From NCBI GenBank assembly GCA_964234715.1, contig OZ174282.1: a DNA stretch of 64,000 nt. One strand, given 5' to 3'. Shown in pieces: positions 25,701-39,400 of this stretch. The translations under genes and the position numbers were made by a program. The notes beneath the pieces are model-generated. The model had not been told where the DNA came from. It did not search any database and saw nothing but the letters and a program-made list of their open reading frames with translations. Source of the stretch: Podarcis melisellensis. Its lineage: Eukaryota. Every line of letters begins with the position of its first letter. Positions within the stretch are counted from its first letter, which is position 1.

Positions 25701-28700
25701 TGAAGGGGCTTTGGCGGTGCAGCATTGCCAGCAGAGGTGATGCTCATTTCAAAGGAGGCCCCCAACGTCCAAGAGCATCCACTGTCCTTTTCCAATAGTA
25801 GAGACAGAACAAACACGCTTTTCTTCTAGCCCAAACAGAGCTGTTTATTTAACTGTGTCTGGATTCTGTCCAAACTCTTTGCATTTCATCCAACCCATTC
25901 TACAGGTTGCAGAACTCCTTGCTGAGTCAGAATTGCCTGTTTAACCTGCAGCAGCTCGTGGTGATCAGCAGATTCCACCTTACAAACAGCTCCAGTAGGG
26001 AATGCTTTTTTCCTCCAGAAAAGAGAAGTACCAGGGCTACGGTTTGTCTTGAAACTCACCCCCATTGGTTTGTTGATTTTTCTGGTTAATTTTCTGCGTA
26101 CATATGTAGTCTGCTTTCCTGGTAAAGTGGCCACCAATGCAACCATTTAAAATCAACTTAATAACCAATAAAAACCAATCTAAACAAAAATAAGACAGAT
26201 GTTTAACCAGCTAAGTATTTGGGGATTTGCTGCATCCCAGTGGTAAACAAAATATTCTCTGCACATGTTCAGAGGTGCTGAACATGTTCCTCATTCTGCA
26301 GCTGAAACCTGGCATGGGAACCATTTTCTGGGCACATCTGGAATTTTGAAGGCGTGCCAATGCCTCTTATCCCGTCTCTCCCTAGAACAGACCCCATCCC
26401 TAGAGACAGAAAGAGTGAAAATGCTCACATGCACACATATGCGTTCTGCTTTTCCAAAGGATCTAAATAAAATGCGTAATCTGAGCCTTGAAAAATACAT
26501 AGAAGTGAAAGAGGATGTGGGAAAGAGCAACATTCTTCCAACTTCCTCCTTTAGTGCTATAGCTATACACTTTTCAAGGGGGAGAAAGTAGGACCCCCCC
26601 CCCACACAACTTCACAGGCAATAAGACAGTGAATGTGGGTGGGTAGGCCAAGACCTCAAGGGTGCCATTGTGCTCATGGGTGCCAAGTTGCCAACTCTTG
26701 GCTTGTGTATGTGTATTATTATATAGATTCACATGTTATTCCAGTCTAGGGGAAAGGACAACAATTCCCCCCAACTCTTCTTGCTGAGCAGAAGTTGCCA
26801 GTCTGAGCCAGGATCCTCTTTTCTTCTTTACAGTATTGACTCATCCTTAAGCCTTGGTTCCTTTTTGAAATATCACTGACATGCTTTTGGTTGGCTCAAA
26901 ACAAACACAGTAGCCCAGACTCAGGAGGTCACTAGTAACAGCCACATCTAAATGTCAGATTTATTTCTCTAAAGGAGGGTGTGCAATGTTAATAAGGAAA
27001 TTTTTGGGTCATTCCTGCTGCGGGGGGGGGGGCAGGAAAGAAGGGAGATGCTGTGTTAAAGGATCTTATTTCTGCTTGCTCTCCAATGGAGCACCATAAT
27101 GCAAAAATCATTCCTTCATAGTGCATTTCTATCTCTAACAAAAGAGTTTTAGATAAGGTTTTGTATTCTCATGTGCCTGCTGCTTTTATGATCTCTTCTG
27201 CTTCCTCTGAAATGAATGCATATCCTTCCCCAACTACCCCCCCCCCCAGTCTCCATTTCCCTTCCCTCCCCCTGTTGCCTCTTCTGTGTCAGAAATGTAG
27301 GCTGCAAGGCAGGGGCAGGGACAACCTGCAGCTCTCAGGCACACTGCAAAAACGCTCTGCAAGCCATCAGTTCAGGCCTCTGACAAGAGGGATCTGTTCC
27401 TCCCCTGGCAGTCTGCTGGGTGGAGAGGGAGAGGAAGCAAGAAGAGGGGTGTCAGAAAGAGAGAGGAGGGGTGTCAGAAAAAGACGGGGGGGGGATGTCA
27501 AAAAGACAGAACAAAGGGTGCCAGAAAGAGACAGTGGTAGGCAGGGGAGGGGGAGAAGGGGCTGCTGGAGACAGGGAGAGGTGGAGAAGAAGGGGTGCCT
27601 AAAAGTGAGAGAGAAAATAGGCAGCAGTGGAAAAAATGGATAGCAAAAAGAGAAAGAAAAGGAGATGTCACTGCCCATTTTTGACCCTAGCCCCACCCAC
27701 TGCTGTTATCTGTTTTGCCAACCAACAGTATATAAACCCTACAGATCACCCTAGGGAAGGAGGCCCTTGCCTTGATAGAGAGAGAAAGGTTCCTTGCTGC
27801 TCCTGCCAATGAATGCCTGGACTCCTCCTGCTCAGTAGATTCCTCACCTATCTGTGCCAATAGGAGGCTGGTCTGCGCCAGCCCTTGTGTATGTAAAGTG
27901 GCCCCCCAGGGCTGGACTCCAGCAGGAGAGGTTCTGCTAACTCCAACTATACTAGAGCCACCCCTGGGTGTCTGATGAAATGCCTCTGGCCAGATCTTGG
28001 AATCAGGTTTGAAAATGTGTGCGTGTTTAAATGTTAAAATCGTGCCGATGCATTAGAAGGCATTAATGTTAAGCATCTGCTTGCCAGATTCAGAAATTGC
28101 ATCCTTCTTCTGAGGCTCCTAAATCTGACAACATCCCTAACGGAAAATGTTGAGAAGGAATCCAATTAGGAGAATTTGCTGGTGACTGTTGAGTTGGAAG
28201 GACTGGAGCTGTCTGGGGAAATCACCCCAGCTGCTCTGCGCTGGCTGCCCCTTCCCCCTGCAGCCCCCTCCCCAATCTACATCCTTCCCCCAAAAAGGAG
28301 GGAGCCTGCCTGCTTCTCTCAACTCCCATCATCTCAGCTCCTCTCCCAGCCTGCCCCCTGCAGCTGAAGGAAGGGGGCTTGGAGGAGGGTGTGTGTGTGT
28401 GTGTGTGTGTGTGTAGAGATTCTCACAACTGCTGCTGACTCATATTAAGTGAAAGGCGCTCCAGGTCACCGGGCCTGGACTGATGGAAGCTGCGCGTTTG
28501 GTACGGGGAATAAACGGCTGGCTGCGGATACTCAAAGCAAGAGCTGCCAGGAATCAGGCCAGTCAGAGATGGAAGCCTTTCCATAAATGTGTATGGGGTG
28601 GAGTGAGGGGAGGAGGAAGGTAGCAGGGGCCTGAATGAAATTCACGCTTTATCTCTCCAATATTATTCAGCACCCCTTCCCGCCCCCTGCTGGTGGCCAA

Positions 28701-29915
28701 GAGAGTTGGGGTAAAAGGGCAAGACACGCATCAATCAGCAGCTCAAGCCCTGGGGAGGGTGCTGATTGAGTTTATTCAGCGAAAAGAGGAAAGAACTCTG
28801 CAGATGCTCAAGGGCGCTCTTGCGCGAGGTCTATAATTAAAAACAAGCAAAGCCCGGCGGGGTCCTGGGACAACTCGCCTCATCCTGAGCGCTTGTGAAG
28901 CACAAGGGGGCCCTCGTTGCGGGTTCCGATGCTGGGCCTGTCTCAGCATCTTCCCAACGGCAGGGCAGCAGCGAGGAGGCGCTTCCCTCCGGCAGCGGAG
29001 AACCAGCCTGCCCGCGGGCTTGCCCTGGTCAAGGGAATCTGGCCAGGGCATCGGGCTGCTGGGCTGCCTTTCCTCGCCTGCTGGGCTCCAGATGTGGAAC
29101 AGGGACGATACCCTCGAGGGGTGCCACAGCTGGGGCAGCTGAAAGATCTTCTGCCTGCTTCTAGGAGGGATAGGGAAGAGATCTTTCTCCAGCTTGGAGC
29201 AAAGTGGAGAGGGCGCACACTACTTGCCCTAGGCAAGACCCCTGGAACTGCTGCCTCCCTCCCTCCCGCTCCACTCAAAGCAGCCGGCCAGGCAACTTGC
29301 AGCCCCAAGTGCCAAGCAGGCGCCCCGCAAGGCAGCCAGCTCCATCGGGCCCTCCAAGCCCGCATCACCCCGGAGCCTCTTGCAAAGCGGCAATGGACAA
29401 ACGTGCCCAAACGCGACCTCCGCACCGCGCCCAAGGCAGCCACACCCTCCCCGGCCCAGAAGTCCAGACTCCACTCCGGGAGCATTCCGGTCACACCCCA
29501 CTGCGCGCCCCATCCATCCTCCCCGGACACACTCCGCGGCGCCTCGCATAAGTTGGGGGCGCGCGGTGGGATCCCCAAGGCGCCCTCCGCCCGAGTCACC
29601 ACCCTATGATTCGCGGCCGGGGACAGGTCAGTCCACTTGGGGACCCTTCCTGGCCAGCGCGGGGAGGGAGAGGCTAGCGGCCCCGTCCAACTGCCCCCTC
29701 GGAGCGTCCGAGGCGCCCTCCTGCCCGTCCGGGCAGCTCCTGCGCAGCAGCGCCCGCTGCAGGCGAGACGGAGCCCCTCACCGCGGCATCGGGGCGGCGG
29801 CCCCACTTACTCCGGTGATCCACCAAGGGAGGGAGCGAGGGCGCCCGCTAGGGCTGCGTCCTCCGTCGCGAGCGGCGCACTTACCCGGGGTGGCGGCCCC
29901 TCCCGGCCCCTCCAT
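17842..29915 (-). CDS. DBNDD1: Dysbindin domain-containing protein 1 (164 aa), 4 coding exons
   Basis: Exons 29915-29885 ([10 protein letters not shown]), 22031-21879 (ELIKG...[17 protein letters not shown]), 21291-21151 ([40 protein letters not shown], dysbindin domain) and 18011-17842 (GLHP...[12 protein letters not shown]...[12 protein letters not shown]). All GT-AG, 495 nt in frame. Confidence 0.95.
18590..18842. mobile_element. Tc1/mariner (Tigger/pogo-like) MITE
   Basis: Imperfect TIRs CCGTATTTTTCCATATATAA / TTATAGATGGAAAAGTACAG, flanked by TA on both sides. Confidence 0.6.
21489..21650. mobile_element. hAT-type MITE in DBNDD1 intron
   Basis: Perfect TIRs CAGTGGCGTA / TACGCCACTG; perfect 8-bp TSD CTTTCCTG (21481-21488, 21651-21658). 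Confidence 0.88.
22729..22772. repeat. (GT)22 microsatellite
   Basis: Seen directly. Confidence 0.95.
23332..23616 (-). mobile_element. tRNA(Ile)-derived SINE with CR1-like tail, interrupted by a MITE
   Basis: Minus-strand head CTCAGTTGGTTAGAGCGTGGTGCTGATAATGCCAAGGCTGCAGGTTCGATCCCTG; the tail TTGCATTGCAGGGGG...CCCTTCCAACTCTACAATTATATGATTCT is shared with the SINE at 55922. Confidence 0.75.
23423..23545. mobile_element. 123-bp hAT-type MITE nested in a SINE
   Basis: 14-bp TIRs TAAGGTTACCAGAT / ATCTCGTAACCTTA (1 mismatch); perfect 8-bp TSD TCCTATAC (23415-23422, 23546-23553). Confidence 0.88.
25558..25581. repeat. (GCT)8 trinucleotide repeat, intronic
   Basis: Seen directly. Confidence 0.9.
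28389..28414. repeat. (GT)13 microsatellite
   Basis: Seen directly. Confidence 0.9.
28681..28698 (-). promoter_or_regulatory. Candidate CTCF site in DBNDD1 intron 1
   Basis: Minus strand reads GGCCACCAGCAGGGGGCG, matching the CTCF core CCAGCAGGGGGCG. Confidence 0.45.
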
Positions 29916-30400
29916 GCGTCCGGGCTGCTGCAGCCGCTGTGTTCGTGCGCTCCTCCGCCTGACGAGCCGTCGCCGCCTCCGTGCGCGCCGCTCTGGTCAC
30001 TGCACCAGCCGCGCCAGCAGCCCGAGCGCTCATCGCCGGGGAGGAGCAGGAGCGGGGCCGGCCGGCCGGCCGGTTCGGGCGGGGGGCGAGGCAGGAAGGC
30101 AGGCGCAGCAGCGGCCGCGGCAGCCCCCCACCTCGGCCGTCGAGGAGCGCCGCTAGGCACTGGCCGAGGGGAGGGGACGGGGGCGGGGTGCGCGGGAGGC
30201 GGCCGCGCCAGCGCGCGAATGGCTCGCCTGCCGGTCCGCACCACCGGCTCACCCAGCGGGCTGCTGGGCTGACTTGGGCGTTCGGCTCCCTCCGGAACCT
30301 TTTCCGACCGCCTCGCGAAATCGGAGCCCTGGAACGTCGAAAAGCTGAGCGCCTCTGAGCACGTGCAGAGTTCCCGGCGCAATCCGCATCCCGCTGAAGT
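29300..30400. promoter_or_regulatory. CpG island / DBNDD1 promoter and exon 1
   Basis: Very GC- and CpG-rich, with several GGGGCGG boxes; spans the DBNDD1 ATG at 29915. Confidence 0.85.
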
Positions 30401-33079
30401 CAGGGGAAGAGACCTTCTGAATGGCAGGCTTGCAGCGGAGCTGCTGGACCCATGGCCAGGGAGAAGCAGAGACGGAGGCCTCCTTCAGAGAGGGGGGAGA
30501 GGGCGCTGCGCGACCTTCACTCCTTTCTTGTGAGGACCCCGGAGACAGCACTGGGTGAAGACAGCCCTTGGTCTGACCCAGAACCTTAGCCTTGTTTTGA
30601 CATTCTTATGGGGAAGTCTGTTGCTAAGAACGAAAAACCTCCAGTTTCAGGGACAGTCTACCAGAGCATTTCAGTTGCTGGGTGGGGCAACAGCAGAGGA
30701 GGGCTGGGAGTTGTGGGTTTGAGGGTGGAACGAAGATGATGCCTGTGGGCATCAGACTGAGCACTGCAAGAAATTCATAAAGAATAAGGCTGTCCAGGAC
30801 TGCTGATTATGATGGCCTGTACAGGATCAGATGCAGCTGATAGGAGTCACAGGTGGGGAGACAGCTCCTGTTGTACTTATGTTCCACTTCTGGGCTTCCC
30901 ATTGGGGCACCTGGCTGGCCACTGTGAGAACAGGATGTGGGAGTAGATGGGGCCTCCAGCAAGGCTCCTATTATGAATTTACTGCACCCCCAATAAATCT
31001 TTGGACTCCCTAGGACAGCACCACTTCTCTGTGTAGACATTAAAAACCGCCTGTCTCCCACCAGGCTCAGTATCCCTGGGGAACCAGCAAGCCCAGATGG
31101 AGATTTGCTTTTCTGTTTTTTTTCTGGAAGAGCCACAGAGAAGCTTCTTTCTCATCAGTCGTGCTTTGCACCTCCCATGTCCCCAGCGGGGAATGGAGGG
31201 AAGCTGGCATCTCTGCCAGCTGAGCTGCACTAGGCTTTTATTCCAGTCTCTGGCTACAAAACCTCCATTTTCTTTATCCCACCCCACTCTACTCCACCCC
31301 ACCCCCAAGCAAGAGCTTCTAAGAACAGATCCAGGCAGAAATCCAAGCGGAAAGCCCCAATTAAGCAATGCCAACAGGAGAAACCCCCTGGCTGTTGTCT
31401 TCCTGGAACAAGGTATCCGTGCAGGACCGAAGCAGAAGGCAGAAGTCTAAACACTGCTCTAGCAGGCTTAGGGTGAAAGCGAATAGTGGGAATCAATGTG
31501 CCATAGGCAATGCATGGCATCCTAATCTAGGCAACTGGGTCCCAATGTTTCCTGGAATCCAGCCTCTGTCAGAAATCCTTTAGTTCCACCATAGAATAAA
31601 TACAAATCAAATAACTCAATGAAATAATGGTTGATTAGTTGACCCTGCAGGTGCACTCTGCACACTGTCAGAAGTGCTCTCCACATAGCTGTGTGAAGCA
31701 GCAGGCCACCCTTTTTCACTGGTGGGGTCACTTTGCTTGCTTACCCGTTTCCTTCCTTCTCACCACATGAATCTCAACAAATGTTACTCGCTTAGGGTCA
31801 AGACCAGCCTCCCCCAGCTTGGATCCTCTAGATATTTTGACCTGCAACTCCTGTCACCTCCAGCCAGCACAGCTGTGCTCCCATCAGCCCCCAGCATCCT
31901 GCAGCTCTGCTGGCTGGAGGTGATGGGAGCTTTAATCCAGGTTTGGAAAGGTTGGCTAATGCAGGAGCTGCATGTCCCTGGCCTCTCTGGGAGGTCAAAG
32001 TGGTCCATTCTGTGTACAGTACACAAATAGCTTCTACCATCAGAACCAGAGGGAACAATGCCATGACCGACGACCCCCCAGTGGGCTAGGGGTGCACAGG
32101 TGGACAGAGCTGATGAAGGGAAGCCTCTTAGCCTGGGCAACCAAGCAATTTAGCTAGAGGATGGGGCTTCTGGGTACAGTAATTAACACAAGGCCATTGG
32201 GGTCAAGGCTAAATGTGAGGCCATTGTTTCAGCCTTGGAGATTAAAACAAACTTCGAGAGCTCAGCAGGCAAAGCTGAGGAGGCCTGTAATTGGACTCCA
32301 CCTGCCTCTCTCTCATTGCCTCTGCCTAAATCACTCAAAATCCTGTTTCCTGGCTCAGACACTTTCTGCTCCTCTTCCTGATTCCCCCTACCACCACCTT
32401 GGTGGCTCCAAATTGGTGGTTACTCAAGAGGGTGTGGGGGCATAACGCAGGGATGAGGAATCTGTGGCCCTCCAAATGTTTCACGATTCCAGCTCCCATC
32501 AGCACCAGTACAACATAGTCAGTGGATAAAGGCAATGCAAGCAGGAGACAAAACCAGTTCTAAAGCACAGTTGCAGCAAAATCAGCAATGGGCAAATATT
32601 TTCAATAGGCATCTGCAAATGGTCCAGGTAATTCCTTGATCTAAACCTCTAATGTTTTGATACTTGTCCTATTCCTGTCACTGTATTTCGTTGCAATGGA
32701 CTGTGATTAAAAGCAATAAAGACGACTTGCTTGCTTGCTTGTTTATACATTTATGCATACTGTGCCATCTTCCATGGTGCCTTGTAGGGTTGCACAGGCG
32801 GCGAGGCAGCTTCCCTGCTCCCACAGAACTCACCACCTAAAACTGCAAGGAAACCCGCAGAGGTGGCGGCGGAGGTAGGCAGCTGCCCTTACTAGACATC
32901 AATGAATTCTTATTGCTATTGTCGTCGTCGTATCCAATTGAGTCATAAACCTTCCTTGTTTTGCTGCATCACAGGCAAGGTCTGCCTCCACCATTTCCCA
33001 GCCCTAAAAGTCCCATAGAGTCCCATAGGGCTTACTCCCAAGTCAGAAGAAGGAGCAGTTCATCTTCCAAGGGCTGCAA

Positions 33080-33420
33080 GCGAGGATGAGGCTGACAACG
33101 GGCAAGGGGTGGGGCTTCTGGGCCTCCGTTGCTAGGGCTGGGGCCCGTTGCCAGGGGCGGGCCCGGCGGAGCCGGAACTCTCGCGAGGCCGAGGCGGCGG
33201 TTGCTCGGAGACGCGGCGACTCCGAGCCTGGGCAGCAGCCGGAGAGGGGACTCAGTCGCCACCATGGTGAGGCCGGAAGTGGGGTGCGCTTGCGATGAGG
33301 GGGCCCCGGGGGGCTCCCCCAAAACCGGGGCGGTGCTGGGGCTCCTGCCCGCCAAGAGGCCCCGACCCTCCACCCCGGAAGCGCGGGGGCTGGACGTGCT
33401 CAGCGACAGACCGAACTCTG
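33080..33420 (+). promoter_or_regulatory. GAS8 CpG-rich promoter with RFX X-box motifs
   Basis: GTTGCTCGGAGAC (33200-33212) plus half-sites GTTGCTAGG (33128) and GTTGCCAGG (33147); Kozak GCCACCATG at 33258-33266. Confidence 0.65.
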
Positions 33421-36400
33421 CACATGCTCAGGGGCATTCCTTCGTCACTCTTCCTTACGCGTGCCAAGAGTAAGCCCTGATATAAGCCTTGAGCCCCGGT
33501 AAGCACTGCTCTCACCACCACCACCAGCCCCTATTTTACAAGTGTGCCTCTTCAACGCCATGGAGCAATTGCACAGGCAAGTAGGTGCAGGCAGCCAGAA
33601 CTCATTTGTCCTTTGGAGAGAGGGAGGGATGCCCTTTCATAGAGAAAACGGCACTTCATCATTGCTCAAAGGGGTTATGAACATGAATTCACAGCCTCCT
33701 TCCTTTCTTTGGCTTAATCCATCACACTGAAGATGCTCTCCTCTCCTCTCTTGTCCTCTCCCCCACTACCGCGTTTGTTCAGGCTCCCAAAAAGAAAGGA
33801 GAAAAGAAAGGTGGCAAGAAGAAAGGTGCAAAAAGCCCTGTGGTGGATGTCGTCTCCCCGGAGGGCATGACCAAAGAGCAGGTGAGAAGGGGGTCACTTT
33901 GCAGTGGTAACAGAGAGGGTGCATTCTTAAAAATGTGTGGATGGGAAATAGAAACTACAATGCAAAGTGGTTTCTTGCCAACAAGAGGGAAACCAATCTA
34001 CCTAGAGTTACTTAGGGGACTCCATTTTCTAGCAGCCCCAGGATGATGGGAGTTGTAATCCAGCAACACCCTGCAGGCTACTCATGTTTCCCACCCCTGG
34101 CCTGTATCACATTAGAAAATGGTCAAGGTGTTTCTCATTTTGGGGTGGAGTGGAGTATGGGGTGCTTGGCCTACCCTCATTATCTCCGACCTTCCTGGCT
34201 AGGAATAAGACCAAGTGTGAGTCATGCAGTCCCTCAGCTGGCTTGTTGCAGGTCCACTCTTTCCATCCCTCTGACATTTCACTACAGCACTGAGGACCAG
34301 CATTGGGAGAAGCCACTATTTTGCCAGGGGTCTATGTTGTTCCTTACTACACCCTTCTGCATTCCATAGGGTAGCAAAACTAGGCACCTCTTCAGTATAG
34401 CTAAGCTCACAGTTCCATTTTACAGTTTGGGTACAGGTATTGTGAGAATATTGCACAGGAACAGCTTTTGCCATCCTGATGCCTTCCAGGTGTTTTGGGC
34501 TGCATCTCCCATTAACCCCAGCCAGCAAACCCATCAGTGTAGCTGATGGTAGATGACAACCAGCACATCTGGAAGGTACCAGGTTGGCAAAGACTGCCCT
34601 AAACATTCTAAGCTGATTTATCCACTTCCAGAGAGCAACAGACTCATGGAGCCAAGCCTCTCTCTAACCAGATAATTCATTCACCTATTTATCGTGCATT
34701 CTGAAATGAAACATTTGCACCCTTTCTGGAATTAGCCATGCTTCCCATGCCAGTTCACAGGAAAGCCTTGGCTTGAAAAGAAAAAGCTTTGGAATTCACT
34801 GAGTCAGAAAAGGCACAATGCCAGTAGTGGCGATGGTGGGCTCCCAGTCCTTCCTCTCGGCTCCAGCCTGGCTGTTGGCTGACCCTCTTCTTGGCTTTGC
34901 AGCTGGAGGAACACATGGGCCGCATTCGGGAGGAGCTGGACCGTGAGCGGGAAGAACGCAACTACTTCCAGCTGGAGCGAGACAAGATCCACACCTTCTG
35001 GGAGATCACTCGGAGGCAGCTGGATGAGAAGAAGGCTGAACTGCGCAACAAGGACCGCGAGATGGAGGAAGCCGAAGAGCGTCACCAGGTGGAGATCAAG
35101 GTAAGAGCCTGTGGACTTCACAGATCACAGAACTGTAGAGCTGGAAGGAATCCCAAGGCTTATATAGTCCATCCCCCTGCAGTGCAGGAATCACAGCTAA
35201 AGCATCCCTGACAGGTGAGTAATAAAACCATGAGCTGCTTTGTATGGAGTATGTATTTAAGTAAAATAAAACATTTCCCATTGGTACGAACCCAACAACC
35301 TTTTACTAGGGACCTTTTGCCTGTGAAACATGCTCTCTGCAACCATTGACCCATGCTGCCTCCACTTGGGGTTGAGCAGCTAGATATTGGCTTCGCCATC
35401 CCCGCAATGTTGTGGATGGAAAGTGGGGAAATGGCTACGGCATTGGAAGGGTCTATTCTTTTGGCATAAAGACATAGAGGCTCACATGCTCCTGAATCTT
35501 CTTCAGTTCCTGGTACTTGATTAACTTGGAGCCACGGTGCTGCAGACAGAGTTGGTCACCAGCTTGGTTGGTCTGGCACCCCTGGCTGGGGCACCACAAC
35601 CGACTTCCATCCCCTTCCCCACAAGTGCCTCTCATTTACTCAGGCCTCTGCAAAAGAGAGTACCTTGGCCAATGAGGGCCAATGCCTGCCTCGTCTTCCT
35701 TTTGTCTCAGGTTTACAAGCAGAAGGTGAAGCACCTGCTGTACGAGCACCAGAACAACATCACAGAGCTGAAGGCAGAGAGTACAGTGTCTATGAAGCTG
35801 GCCCAGAAGGATCACCGGTCCCAGGAGATGGAGCTGCGTAAGGACATGCGAACCTTGAAGGTGGAGCTGAAGGAGCAGGAGCTGTCCAACGAGATGGTGG
35901 TGAAGAACCTTCGGCTGGTATGTCTGAAGTGATACCGGACTTGGCTCTTGGGCTGGGCTCAGGCCAACTTTCGTTGAGTGCATGGTGTGCAGGTGGGAAG
36001 GAGAGGGGTGGTGGTTCTTAAACCTCAGTTGTTCCTCCAGAGCAAACCAGCCTTGGCTTTGCTTCTGAGCTAGGAGGAGTAGGCCTTTGTATATGCAACA
36101 TCTGTCACTAACCAGTATCATCATCTTGGCAGAAACAACAAGAAGACATAACACGATTGCGCAATGACTTTGAGAGGCAGGTGAAAGGTCAGTTCTGGGG
36201 CTCGCCACCAAAAACTGTGGGGTTTGGGTTTGGAAGGGAAAGCTATCTTTGTGCCCAGGCAAGGATCAGTGGGCCACAGTGTCACTTCATCCCTTGGGCA
36301 CCCTTTCTCGCACACATGCAGTGACAAGGGAGCTGCTTCCTTATGGCACAGTCTCACTCTTCTGGAAAGTGTATGTGTATGACTTTGTAGCCATGGTGTG

Positions 36401-39400
36401 TAAGGCCCATCTCATGAGTCCGCCCTATGTTGTGTGTAATTGAGGCTAAGTAGCAGCTTGATAGAGAGCACTGATTTGCGTAGGGCCTGTCTTGCAGACC
36501 AGCTCCTGTCTGTTTTGCAGTCATTCCGAGGGAGGGGCCTGAGGCTTCCTTGAAATGCCACATGCATTATAAGGAGGAAGATGACAGCAGTTCTAAGCTC
36601 CTCATCAAATTAAATGTGTCAAAATAGCTAGGCACAGGAGTGCCATTTGCTAGGCCTTCTATGAATTCCATCTCTGCTGGGAGCTTTGTAGAATGCCAGG
36701 CTCCATGGGCCCATCCTTTGCTCAGAGTTGTTTATATATAGTCTGAGCACTTCCAGTACCTTTGGGTGACAACATTTTCCAGTCAGCTGAGAGTCTTGCT
36801 TCGCCCTCTTGTTGGAGCTGGAGAACACTTTGCCCCATCTCCTCTTCCACACAGCATAGAGAAACAGCCCACAGATAGAGGCATGCATAGCCTTGTCACT
36901 TTTTTGCCTAGTAGAGCACTCAGTCTGCCCTGGGTGCTGCTTCCCCAGAGATCGAGGCCAAGTATGAGAAGAAGATGCGGGTTCTACGCGATGAGCTAGA
37001 CTTGCGCAGGAAGACTGAAATCCATGAGATTGAGGAGAGAAAGAATGGACAGATCAACACACTGATGAAGAATCATGAGAAGGCTTTCAGCGACATCAAG
37101 AACTACTACAACGATGTCACTCTTAATAACCTGGCACTTATCAACACCCTCAAGGTAAAAGACATGCACCACACGACACCATCCCCAAATCAGCCTGTTG
37201 CCAGGTAGTGGAAGGTCAAAGTGGATGGTGTTCATTGGGCTTTCTGTGTTTTGTTTTTTCTTCTGCTTTGGCTGATTTCTGTACTGCCATTGCTTTGGAG
37301 CCACTACATGTTGCATTTGTTTGCTCTGCCATTGTGGATACCTTGAGTCCTGGAGCTCCTCTTTTGTGCATCTCACTATGGACCAACCCTTGTTGTAGTT
37401 GAAGGTCATGTGTTTCCCATTTGGGGAAATGAACCATTCTGGTTTGGGGAGAAAGTCTGTTTCTATATTTTATATGTCAACCGCGACCTTGTTTGTTTGG
37501 AAATTTGTTCCATTCACTTCAGTGGGCCAGTCAAATGAGTCAGGATGCAGCCTTGGTTATCCTCAGGTGATTGAGCTGTTGTTTCTCTTTGCCTTGGTGG
37601 TGGTGGGTCCCATGGGAGGTTTGAGGAAGCATGTTCCAGACAGGTGGTCAGGACTGGTGGGATGAGGCTTGCTGCTTGTTTTTGAGGATCTGAGGCACAC
37701 CCAGCCTCCTTTCTTTGTGTGTGTCTTGGAGTACAGGAGCAGATGGAGGAGATGAAGAAGAAGGAGGACCATCTGGAGAAGGAGATGGCTGAAGTGCTGC
37801 TGCAGAACAAAAAGCTGGTGGAGCCACTGCAACGAGCCCGTGAAGAGGTGGCGGAGCTGCAGAAGAAACTGGCGCACTATGAAAAGGACAAGGCCATGTT
37901 GCATGTGAGTCCCAGGGCTCTGCATTCACCTTTGCTTCCTGTGTGTCCTGGCCAATGAGCTCTGGGTTACTCAGTAGGACTGACTCTCTGCTAGTTTGGT
38001 GTGAACAGCACTGGGCTATTTCTGCACCAGCCCACTTTCATGACACAGATTTTTATTTCCACTTTTGGTAGCAGTTTGCATTGTCTCTATTCTCATGTGC
38101 CCTTTATTTCCAGAGTTTGGAAATTTGTACTGTGTGAAATAGGCCCCACCTTTCTGTGATGTCCTTCAGTGCTAACAGTGGTCATTTAGAGTCTAGACAA
38201 ATGTTACTGCGCCTTCCATTCTAGTTTTTGTCCAGAACTTTGCTTTTTATTTTTATCAGTGTTTCAAGATGAGAGTTTCGTGATTTTACATGCAGCCACG
38301 TACTCACGACCAGAGATGTCTTTTTAGGTTTGTTCCCTTCTGATGCTGCACACTCCACCAAAGTTGTTGGTGTGTCTGAATGCACAACAGCTTTGCCATA
38401 ATCAAAAATAGACTCAACTACATTCAAAATACAACTGCAGAGCAATTGAGTTACTATGAGAAGAGGAAGGCAGGGGGCCATAAGGATCATGAAACATGCT
38501 GGAAGTTGGGGGCAAGAGACCCCTGAGCTGATGTTTCCAGGATGAGGGACTTGAATGATGCCCAGTCCCTGTGGAGCAGATAGAGGAACATAGTACTTTC
38601 CCATTCTTACAGTTTCTCCTTTGCACTGTCTGGTTTGGAGGTCAAAACCCATCAGTCCCTTCTGTGCACTAGGAACTGTGTGCGGCTGCTTTAACCTCCT
38701 TCTCTTCCCTCTCCAGCACACACATGCCCGTTTGAAAGTCACCGAGAAGGAATTAAAAGATCTCCAGTGGGAACATGAAGTGCTGCAGCAAAGGTTCATC
38801 AGGGTAGGGATCAAGAATCACTGTTGTGCTGTCGCTGAACTTAGAGTTGGGAAAGGGTTGGATTTGATGGGTGGGCTGTGGGACAGGATGAAAAATACGG
38901 GCCCATTTTCTGCAGATATCCAGTAGAGAGGTCTATAGAGCCACCCACCCACCCACCCACCCACCACCCATTGGGCCTTGAGAATTCTGTGGTCCTGGTT
39001 GTTTCTTGATGAGACCTTTAGAGCAGATGGACAAGTCTGAGCCAAAACTGCCTGCAATAGTCATTCCCTGTCATCTCCAAATTAGCTGTGTAAATTTTTG
39101 CGGTTCTTTTGGATTGCTTGAGCAGCTGGACTTTGTGTTTGTCTGAACAGCAGCATGTCTACTGCTGGGCTGGGCTGGTCATCAGTATGATTTAAAGAAG
39201 TGGGGACTGTGATACTGGAGAGGGGCAGCTCCCATCGGGGGTGGGGGGTGGAAGGGAGGGGCTCTCTTCAGTATAACTCATTAAGACATGGGGGCAGGTT
39301 TGCGTGCCATTCAGCATTGATCTGAGACCTCATTAGTTGCCTTTGAAAACTGGCTGCAGTGGTCCTGTCTTAATGAGGGGGTCTCTGACTAACAAGAATT

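Noticed and set aside
28776-30551. Long overlapping ORFs (up to 287 aa) on both strands
   Set aside because: Low-complexity Pro/Arg/Gly/Ala translations caused by the stop-poor CpG island; only the 31-nt DBNDD1 exon is supported.
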